This document shows, piece after piece, positions 39,101 to 49,486 of a DNA stretch of 64,000 nucleotides. Position 1 is the first letter of the stretch. Each line of letters starts with the position of its first letter. A program made the position numbers and the translations under genes. Below the pieces are notes generated by a model that searched no databases, was not told the origin of the DNA, and worked only from the letters and a program-made list of their open reading frames with translations. Source of the stretch: Saccostrea cucullata (Eukaryota); NCBI RefSeq assembly GCF_032062105.1, contig NW_026926689.1, positions 62,001 through 126,000 of the forward strand, read 5' to 3'.

Positions 39101-42100
39101 TACCTGACTATTATTAGATAGACAGTTTACAGATACCTGACTTTTATTGAACAGACAGTTTACAGGTACCTGATTATTACTGGACAGACAGTTTACAGAT
39201 ACCTGACTATTATTAGACAGACAGTTTACAGATACCTGACTTTTATTGGACATACAGTTTACAGGTACCTGACTATTACTGGACAGACTGTTTACAGGTA
39301 CCTGACTATTATTGGACAGACAGTTTACAGATACCTATTATTGGACAGACAGTTTACAGATACCTGACTATTATTGGACAGACAGTTTACAGGTACCTGA
39401 CTATTATTGGACACACAGTTTACAGATACCTGACTTTTATTGGACAGACTGTTTACAGGTTCTTTACAAATGCTATAGGCACTTGAAAGCCTATTTAGAA
39501 ATACTTGACTAGTACTCAACAGAGTTTTTTCAGGAACATGACAATTACTGGACAGCATGTATACAACCATGACTTATTCTAGACAGACTGTTTACAGGTT
39601 TACAGGTACTTGACTAACACTGGACAGACATTATACAAGTACATGGCTATTACTGGACAGACTGTTTACAGACACCTGACTATTACTGGACAGTCAGGTT
39701 GCATGTTCTTGACTGGTACTTTTACTAGACAGACTGTTTACAGGTACCTGATTATTATTAGATGGACAGTTTACAGATACCTGACTATTACTGGACAGTC
39801 AGGTTACATGTTCTTGACTGGTACTTATACTAGACAGACAGTAAGACTGTTTACAACCATGGCTCATTAAGAGACTGTTTACAAGGTACTTGATTAGTAT
39901 GGAGCTGACAGTTTACAGATGGAACAGGCACATTGAGTGTTGTTGTCCCTGCAGAATAATTTTTGAAATTAATGAACATTTTTTTTATCATTGATAAATC
40001 TAATCAACAAAGAAGAGCATATTACGAAATAACAGGAAGTGAACTTTTTCCAAATTAATAATACTTTCATGTTTAATTTTGATGTAAGGTATGAAAAAGG
40101 TCATGTTAATACATTGTAATACAGTATCATTTTGAACAACCATAATGCATAGTCACATTTTATTTCATTTTATTTTTTTTGCAGAAACGCACAAAGTTCT
40201 CAATGAAGGTAATTTTCTGTTTATAGATTTACTAGAAATCTTATCATTCATATGATTTATATGTTGTATATAAAATGCCTATAATTGTATAATACATTTA
40301 AGTACGCATTTTCAGTAAAATGGAACAAAAATAGGCAAAAATCTCTCTTCTCAATAGAAATTGCTTAATAAAGTGACATTTTTATGCTTTTTTATATACA
40401 TATGTATATAAGTTGTATACATCTCAAGAACTAACTTAACTATTTTTTTTTCATATTTACCCTACGTAATGGTGTTTCTAAGAACTGAAAATTTAATGAA
40501 ATTAATAGTATGCTTATTCTATTTTGAATGATTTGAAGATATTGTGTTTATTGCTGATAACTTAGTTGATCTGACAATTCATGTGTCATAAGTTCTCTTT
40601 TTTTAAAATTAGGCAAAAAATATATCAAGGAAGCAAACCAGAAAGACATAGAAATCAGAAACTTCACGAAAGGTAACTGCATGGTGTATGTTTAGTTCTT
40701 CTTAAATTGTCCCTCACTAAGAAAAGCAAAACAAATAAATTGTACAAAGAATCTCTGTTTTTTTAACACAGTTTAAAAATATCAATTGTACACTAATTTT
40801 ATAGAATGAATTGTAACTGAGAACATTTCCTGTTATTTTTTTTAGATGCAAAGAAAGCTTTAACCCAAGGTTGGTAGAAAATTATATTTAACCAAAAATT
40901 ATAAATATCACAAGAGCATTACAATCTGAATGTGTTTAACACTTGTCTTATTTCCCGTTTCAGTGAAGGACCGTGTTCGAGACATGAGGAAGTCCACAGG
41001 TATTAATTGTTACTGATTCAATGTAACCTCAATATTTTGAACCGAAAGAAATCGTTGTATCTAAGCTTTCTTCTGTTGTTTTACCCCATATTTTACGGTC
41101 TTACACGGAAATAAACGCGTATATAAGGTCAAAATCTGCAAATACCTTCAGTAATAAATCATTCAGCAGTTTATGCAACATGACATGACAACTTGTATGA
41201 CAATATTTTTTTTAAATGAAATAGTTATCTTTTTATTGTTTTGTTCAATGCTTCAATGTTAATGTTGTGTTGATTTAGGATATTTATTTATCAATTTTTA
41301 ATCTACATGCAGTACAACTGAGCAATTTTCATGATTCGAACCTCAGCTGGTTACAAATTTTGGAATTAATGAAACGTTTCAAGAGAAGTTGTAGAAATTC
41401 TTGGCTTTCATGATTGTTTACTAACGTCGAATACCGTTTGATATCCACAGCGAAAATTTCGGTGGTAAATATACTGAACGTGACACAGGCCCTGTCACAC
41501 CAAGCTGCGTCCACACAGAGTCATTGTAAAAATTTTTAATCGCCGTGGAATCACAGGGAAATTGCACAAATTTCTGTAAAATTTTCACAATGTGAAGATG
41601 TCACGGCGTCCCTACGGCGACTGACGCGTTTCTACGGCGTTCTCGCGGCGTTCTACTGTGTTCCCACGGAGATCTCTTCGCGATTGACTCCGCTTCCGCG
41701 GAGTTTTCACAACGTGTTAGGAGTTTGCATCTCGTGTTCACGGCGTTCTCACTGCGGTGGCTGCGTTCACAAATACGTTCACAATGGGTTCTTCACCCAT
41801 GGATATATATATATTCATCAGGAGTGTAAAACATTCATAATTAAAGATTCAAGCTACATAATGAAAAGACCTACTTTCATGACAAGAAATATAACTCTTA
41901 ATTAAAAATGATCTATTTGAAAATTTAGTACTAAATTATTAATAGTTTTTTTTTTATTAAAATCCTTTTTTCAATTTTATCGATTCAGATGTGTTGTTTT
42001 ATTTGTATTTTCATTGATTTCATTATGAATGTTAAAAAAATAAACATACTGAAAAGTTGCTACAAATTTTAAATTATTCCACCGAAACACCACTGAAACA

Positions 42101-45067
42101 ACAGAACAAGTCCTGGTGTAATTAATATCTCTTCCCAATTTTATTTTAATGCTCCCAGTGCAACAAATACGTTAGAATTATAGTTGATCAAATATAAGGC
42201 TATTGCTCTTGTTTTGTGAGCTGGCTGACAACGCCGTGAAAGCGCAAATGTGATCGCCAACGGACGCTGTACATGTAGAAACGCCAAGGGAGCGCAATGA
42301 TCGCAGTGACATCTCCGTGTTGTTGTGTAATCGCAGTGGACTCCACGACGTCTCCGTGAGGTCTCCGTGGAAGCGCAGTCTACTATCAATGCGTTCATGC
42401 TGCGATCATGTGCGTCTTCACGGCGTTCATACGGAGCTCCCACTGCGTTGCTGGAGATCTCACCGCGCTGCTACGGCGATCATATTACGCTTCTATTGCG
42501 TTCTTTTCAGACCGCGATATCACACGGCGCTTACATTAATAGTGCATGCCCAAAGTGATCGCGGTCCCCTGGCGTTCTAGGAGACCCTAGCACCCCTACT
42601 AATGTTATTGTGATTTAAATTCAAGACACGTGGTTTAGTTTGATCTATTTAAAGGTTATAGGGTAGAACCGGTTTTATAAATAAAATTGGCAGTAAACAT
42701 GATATTGCTATAGCCTGTTTCTTTTGAAAACATGTCCTGTAATAAATGTTTCCAGACCTTTCTGAAAGACTTTCATGATTTTCAACAGAAAAAGGGTGGC
42801 TAAAGGAGGGGGTGTTAAAATAACAATATATCTTATACTTTTCGGCGAAAATTAGAGCTCACTAGTGACCGATTCGCTGGTAAAAAATGTGCATTATCAT
42901 CTACACTGAGTGTAGACCTTTGTTTGCCTTTTATGGCTATTGTTATAAATGCGCACAGAGGATCTTACCACGAGAACTGACCAATCGTTGAATGAATATC
43001 AACGTTTACGCCAAATACATGTTTACATTTTACTTCGAACGCGTAGTTCAGGTTAATCTACGATCATGTTAATGGACTGCAAAATAAAAAAGAAATGTTC
43101 TTACGAAAAAAATACAAAGATAAGAAACTTTAAAAGATGTTACGGGTGTTTTTAATTTGTTGTTAAATGGAAAAATGTTTAATAAAGTGTAGTTTGTGTC
43201 TAGTTCAGAACACCAGCGCTTCAAGGGTAAGGAAAACCACAGGTACCAAACTCGCTTGAATATTTGACCCCCTAATATTTATAATATACTAGGGGGTCAA
43301 AAATTCATGCGAGTTTGGTTTCTGTGAGGAAAACGAGCAGCATCTCTTATGCATTTAAATGGACGAAACTTTGTTTACGTTCGTGATCACGTGTTCGGCT
43401 AGGGAACTCACCTGGCAATTGTATTCACCGATAGTACAACAAAGGAATATTAATACAGACGAAATCACTTTATTTGCAGTATGACTTTCAGAAACCTTGA
43501 CTTCCCCCGTTTATTTAATAAATGAATTGTTTGTCATTATGAGCATGAAAATAATATTTGTAAAAATTGCTTTTCATTTACCATACGATTTTCCTTTTCT
43601 TCAAGCGTAAAATTCCTGTAGTATTCGTAGTAACCCATAATGCAATACTCATTCAGCTGATTGGTCAGTTAAAATCATGCATGTGCCTCATTTGCTAATC
43701 TGACGCCAAAAAATATAGTCCCGGTTCCCATGCAAAAATATTTGTCCAAAAAGAAATTTTAATTCATAACAGCAGAAAATTGTACCATAGAGAATACTTA
43801 TTTAAGTTTGAATGAATGTAAAAGAGATCGATTGATTGAAGTACATTTCTACAGACATTATCAGCTTATTCTAGGGAGGTGAAAATTGAAACGCACCATA
43901 ACTTTTCTGTTTACAATGCCTCCACGTGCTAGTCACTTCCTATCCACATTTCCGTGAATAATTTACCCTATCTCGCTGAAGTCTCGCTAACTCTCGCCAG
44001 AGACACTGCCAGATCTACTCTGAACTCATCGGGTTTTATAATTTGCAGAACTCCGAAAAATAGAAGGTTCCGAACACATTAGTAGGGGTGCCTAGGACCG
44101 CGTTCAGTGGAGATCTCGCCGCGTTGTCACGGCGCTGTAGAAGACTCTACTGCGATCACCCCGGCGTTTTGCATTTTTTATGGACGCTGTGTGATCGCAG
44201 TGAGGACGCAGTCCCCCTGTGACTGGGGTTTTACACAAAATTCCTATCCATCTGCACAAAAAAGCAACATTTTAAAAGAACATATCGAATATCATTCAGC
44301 ATCTTCACAAGCCAAGGATTTCTAAGCTACTCTGATAATGAGGAGATCGAGTAGTATATCAGAAACCTTGGCTTGCGGAGATGATCATTCAGTGAAGGGC
44401 AATATTTAAGCATCGCTTCTAATTATCCAATGCTATAACACTAGGTATCTGATATGTTCAGGTTACTGTTGAAATACATACAAACCCCTCCCCTTTGTTT
44501 AATAATTGATAGTTATGCTAGTATATTGCATGAAACACATGAAAGACCTTCATATCCCGTGCACCATTCCTGAACACATTTAGCATACGAGCAAGTAAAT
44601 AGAATGGACCCGTTTTGTGGCGAGGACTTGTATTTTAACTAACAAGCAAGTAGAGTAGAAAACGCAGGACGAGGCGCGATACAACATAGCAACCAAAACA
44701 TACTAGTACACAACAATAAATTAATACATGTATATTGTTTAAAGAGACATTAATAAAACTAATGATAAATGAATTGAAGTTTATTATTCATCTATGATTT
44801 TTAGATAAAAAGAAGGACGTGAAACACGGAAAACTGGGAACTGGGTATGTATGATATAAAACGGTCTAAGTAACTGTATGATATAAAACGGTCTAAGTAA
44901 CTGTATGATATAAAACGGTCTAAGTAACTGCTATATAGTATGATATAAAACGGTCTTAGAAGTAACTGCTATACATGTGTGTATTTCTGAAGAAGAGTAT
45001 GTTCTTGGTAACTGATTTGGGGGTCTTTTCCAGAGAAGAGAAGAAGCCTTTACTGGAGAAAAAGTGA
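34908..45067 (+). CDS. Uncharacterised 262-aa type I membrane protein encoded by 14 exons including five 24-nt microexons
   Basis: Exons 34908-34965 (signal peptide MASTTECYLLILWLCLAFC), 35751-35933 (T/P-rich stub plus TM), 36166-36252, 36583-36606, 37125-37148, 37307-37330, 37438-37509, 37612-37710, 40185-40208, 40613-40672, 40846-40869, 40964-40999, 44805-44844, 45034-45067. All have AG/GT borders and join into a 789-nt stop-free frame ending EEKKPLLEKK*. Confidence 0.8.
36060..36112 (+). repeat. (CT)n microsatellite
   Basis: Direct reading. Confidence 0.95.
37696..39920 (+). repeat. 33-bp minisatellite (about 50 copies plus degenerate flanks) containing the exon-8 3' end and donor
   Basis: Unit GGACAGACAGTTTACAG|GTACCTGACTATTATT versus the exon end ACAGACTGTTTACAG|GTATG at 37696-37715. 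A higher-order block at ~38521 repeats at ~38848. Confidence 0.93.
41488..44229. mobile_element. Degenerate non-autonomous TIR element (PIF/Harbinger-like ends) with a nested insertion
   Basis: GGCCCTGTCACAC..CTGCGTCCACAC versus GTGAGGACGCAG..TGTGACTGGGG. GC-rich subterminal CACGGCG repeats on both sides. TSD not resolved. Confidence 0.55.
42591..44090. mobile_element. Non-autonomous Transib-like element, 5-bp TSD CCTAG
   Basis: 15-bp TIR CACCCCTACTAATGT/ACATTAGTAGGGGTG. CCTAG at 42586-42590 and 44091-44095. Confidence 0.75.
44849..44975 (+). repeat. 27-bp x4 tandem repeat starting 4 nt inside intron 13
   Basis: GTATGATATAAAACGGTCTAAGTAACT repeated. Confidence 0.9.
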
Positions 45068-45502
45068 TTGAAATGGATCTTAGTTTCTGAACCAGCTTCG
45101 ACCATTGTGTTCCGTGCTATTACTGACATTTAATGAATCAACAAGCCATTCATAATCAACAGTGTAAATGATTTCGGCTCAAAACTCTACATATTTGCTC
45201 TACTCTTAATTTATATAGTTTATTTATTAATATGTGATCCATCTCACAGTTCAATAGTACAAAGTTGAGTAGACCAAGGTGCTAGTATGTTTGAAAAATG
45301 TAGGAATATCTTTCCAGGAAGATTGAAATACATGTGTGCTTTATTTGCCTCGTTTTCACGTAGGCTCCCCACTCTCAAAGTACTGAAGTATTCAGTAAAT
45401 GTAACCCGAAACTAATCAGAAATCAAAATAATACATGTATTTAATTAGGACTTTGCTGAGGGGAAATTAAAGATAAAAAAGCATTGCTAGTCTTGTTACA
45501 CA

Positions 45503-45663
45503 NNNNNNNNNNNNNNNNNNNNNNNNNNNNNNNNNNNNNNNNNNNNNNNNNNNNNNNNNNNNNNNNNNNNNNNNNNNNNNNNNNNNNNNNNNNNNNNNNN
45601 NNNNNNNNNNNNNNNNNNNNNNNNNNNNNNNNNNNNNNNNNNNNNNNNNNNNNNNNNNNNNNN
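45503..45663. other. Assembly gap (161 N)
   Basis: Run of N. Confidence 1.
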
Positions 45664-46214
45664 TGAAATAAAAATAACTTTTTATAATATTCTTGCGTTT
45701 CCATGATTATACGTTATATGTGTCATTTTGAATTTTCGCAAATAATCCAATGTACATGTCGTACTATGCTTTTCTACATGTATTTATCATTGCACAGCGT
45801 ATGTCTAGCAGTGAGGAACTGCACTTTGATGTGAATATATGTATATGTATTGAAAAGACCATAATCGTTGGCATTTGTGTTATGTTTGAAGGTTGCGTCT
45901 TCAAAAATCGCAGTATCTTGGTTGCAAGAAAATGTATTGAAGAGGTTGTATTTTTAAAGCTTTTTGAAATAATTGCCTTTCATTGTATATGCTATACATG
46001 TATATATATAGTTTTTAAATTAATAAAGAATTATGACTGCTTGGCCATGTTGTTTGTTGATTGTTTCAGGTTTATCCATTGTGTTTGTATTTAAAAAGAC
46101 TACTTATCTTTATTTTGTGCTATGTATTAATTAAAACGCGCGGCCATCTTTAAAAATATACAGTACTTGCTTGTCCTCTCCCAATGTAGAATAAAAATAT
46201 TGGGTCGGGTCGTA

Positions 46215-46865
46215 CTCCTACGTCTTTATATCAAATAAATGTTTGAGTTTCTATTTGACAATATCTGTGTAGTTTTTCAAGATCGTCTTGATCCAACAAT
46301 TTGTCCGAGATTCAATGGGTACCAATTGCTCTCCGTTTTAGCAAACCTATTTATGTATTCATATGAAGCGGAATATAATTTCAAAAAAATATATGCATGG
46401 AAAGAATCATCTGCTGTTCAACTCGAAATTAAAATAGAGTGAAGACGTAATTATCAATTAACAAAAGTTCAAGTACATGTATAAGTCGACTCGATATATA
46501 CCAATGAACTTAGAACTTAGAAGATACTAGAGGGACTGACACTCTGCATATTTCATATGGATAGTTTACTCATAAAAAGACGCTAATTAATGGTAACATT
46601 ACAACAACAACAAAATTGACAATAAATGCAATGGCTTCAATTTTTCTACTGCCTGCTTCCCATATCTATATATGTAGCAAATGTAAATTTACCACACACA
46701 TGTGGGGTTTATTTCTCTTTGTTAATTGACTACGTAGGAACATGCTCTTCGTACGAACATTTCGAACAAAAGCAACACAAGCTATTGAAAGCTATTGAAA
46801 ATAGATGAAACAAGAATTTCAACGATTTCATTTAAAGTCCACATTTTGCGAGTTATATAGCCGAT
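46215..46865 (+). mobile_element. Degraded Penelope-like retroelement RT fragment
   Basis: MFEFLFDNICVVF and LANLFMYSYEAE are remnants of the PLE RT region around GIPMG. Many stops and frameshifts. Confidence 0.7.
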
Positions 46866-46939
46866 ATTATATAGAGATAACGAATAAAATTCGAGCATAA
46901 AGGTAAAAAAAGTTAAAAGAATTCAAATCGAGAGCAAAT

Positions 46940-47570
46940 CAAACTGGGACCTCTAAAACATCATATATTGGATCAGTTGCCATGGAGGAGAGAGCATCCC
47001 CTGCCGACCGGTCACACCCGCCCTGTGCTCCTTGTCATGATCGGGAAATAACGGGGTACTTGGAGATCTCAGTTTGTAAATAATGGCCTAGCAGTTAACA
47101 TAAAAACGTTCATCAGCAACCGCCTTCATGATAGAATGCATTAGCTAACATGGTCATTGTATCGACCATAGAACTTGCTAAATGAAGACGTCAACCGAGA
47201 CTTGATATTTTTGTTTCATCAACTTGTTTGCCAATAAATTACTTCGATTCAGAAATTATACATGTAAAGAGCATGCTCTTGCGTGTCGAATTGGCTGAGA
47301 GATATGCCCCTTACCAAACGCAGGTGATATGGGTATATATTGTTACAGAAGTGACAGAAGCTGACGATTGGACAACTGAACTTTTTGCATTATTCATAAA
47401 GCTTTGTTGTTAAGTTACCAGTACAATTATATCATAACGTCCTTTTCTAGTAAAATAAAATGTATCAGAATTTGTAACCTTTTATTTCAAGCTCACTAGG
47501 ATATATCGTGTCGACATATAAATGAAAATATTTCCATTTCCAATTGTTTTCCCTATGATAAACAGTACAA
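46940..47570 (-). mobile_element. Degraded Penelope-like fragment, opposite orientation
   Basis: FHLYVDTIYPSELEIK remnant. Shares CATCCCCTGCCGACCGGTCA..GCC.TGTGCT with 51789-51830. Confidence 0.7.
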
Positions 47571-49486
47571 AAGTGAATCTTGTTTATTTCTCTGTGATTC
47601 CTGTGGCATGTAAATTTCTCTGTAGATTGAAATACTACTGAAAGGTCAAATGTCAAACTTGCATGTATATGATTGGCGTATAAATATATTGAAAAAACGA
47701 TGTTTTGTTTAATTGTTTACTAAGTAATTTGATATGATAAATCTTTTTACAAACAAAATAAATAATGAACTATCTTCGGATCAAAAGCAAGTCACTTGTG
47801 CAACGCTGTCCATTATCACCGAGGCCTCGCCAGACCGAGAACTTCACTTCCGTAAACATGTAAATCTGAACCACGTGGAGAAATCAGCATTGCCACATAG
47901 ATCATCCGATACAGACATCGTCCCTCAGTCATTACCATCCAACTTCTTACGCAATTCAACGTCCTCTGTTATTTTAACACACACAATTCTGTTTCCTGAC
48001 CATGCTGACCAACTCCTGTTTCATCAACTGCAACATTGCATTCAATATGGCGGCGGAGAAGTGACCTGGTGCCTATACAGGTGTTCCTGCTCCGACAACC
48101 TAAATCTAGATATATAATTCAAGTTAGCAAGATTGCTTTGATCGTAATATAATTTTTTTTTGTTTATTTTATAAATGTTGTTATTTGACTGCAGTATAAT
48201 TTAATAATCATTACGATTATTTCGTGTTTGTATGGGGCTATTTTTATAGTAAAATTTGACGTCACAGGTCGGCCAATGGAAAATAACATGAAATGTCTTG
48301 TGTATTTCCAATCTGCTAAATTGGACGATTACAAAAACAAATAAAAATGAAAATATAAGGAATCACTGCCTAGTTTTGAGAGTACCAGGGACATCAACAA
48401 TAGTGGGAAACATGGGATAATTTTAGCATAACGGGCTTCGCGATTTCAATTAAACGTTATGCAAAAATAAAGCGTTATCCCGATGTATATCAATCATGAA
48501 AGAAAATTGGGATATGGGGCTTGGCTGTGATTGTGCGTACGATACTCAATCAATAAGTATTTTTTTTAATTAACCCGATTAAACTCCGTAAAATAGTTAA
48601 TACCATCTCTTAATGTTTATTTCATTTCATTTCATATACAATAAATTGATTTTTGATCAAAGCGCAGCATTTTTTTTTTATTCTGAAAATTTTATTTTAC
48701 TCTCAATGGTCTTCATTACAATTTGTGACGATATAAATATTGTTTTTCTTCTTTAATTAAAGTAACTACTGTTCATAAATAATACATCGTCGATATATGT
48801 ATATCGATACAATGACCTTATCAGCAAATACATACCTCCGGGATTCTTGGAAATACCAGTATATTTGCACTGTAAACGTTTCGAAATATGGTCTATGAAA
48901 AGGGGTATTCAAAAATTGCCTAAAAATCTACATTTAAATACGCTTTACATATGAAACTTTTAAAATCAAGTATCATTACAATGTTTCCGCATTTCCTCGA
49001 ATCAAAACAAGTATCATTAAGTAGAATGCTGATTGATGTTTTCACATCAATTTGTTAGGCCATTATTTTCACATGAAAATGATTTTGCTTCTGCTAGGTC
49101 ATGACAAGGAACACATTGCGGTACATAGATACTTGGACTGAACCCATGTCTTAATTGTAAATATCTGGAGAAAAGCGACTGACGCCTATGTTTAAATGAC
49201 CTAAGTTAGGTAACAGACGCAAAACAGATTTCAATTTGTGTGTAGTCCAAAAATTTAACAAGTACCTCAAAGCTAATCCTATCGGATCATATTATAAATC
49301 TCTGTCCTCAGTTAAATTTAAAGAGTCCTTAATATGATCAGTTAGTTCTCTTTACACTCTGAATAAAGATTTACATTGGAGCTGAGTTTGCTAGACAGCG
49401 ATAGTCCCTCGTATTCCTCTTAGGATAATCAAGAGCATGTGAGAAATATCCAATAGGAAACAGCTTCTGGTGTTAAAGGACAAAAC

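Noticed and set aside
37922-39253. 443-aa (NNSQVPVNCLS)n ORF
   Set aside because: Antisense frame of the 33-bp intronic minisatellite, with no unique flanking coding sequence or splice context.
45441-45704. ORFs spanning X residues
   Set aside because: Artefacts of the N gap.
47734-48117. 127-aa ORF with a nearby YY1-like AATATGGCGGC
   Set aside because: No recognisable domain or splice partners found. Probably repeat-derived.
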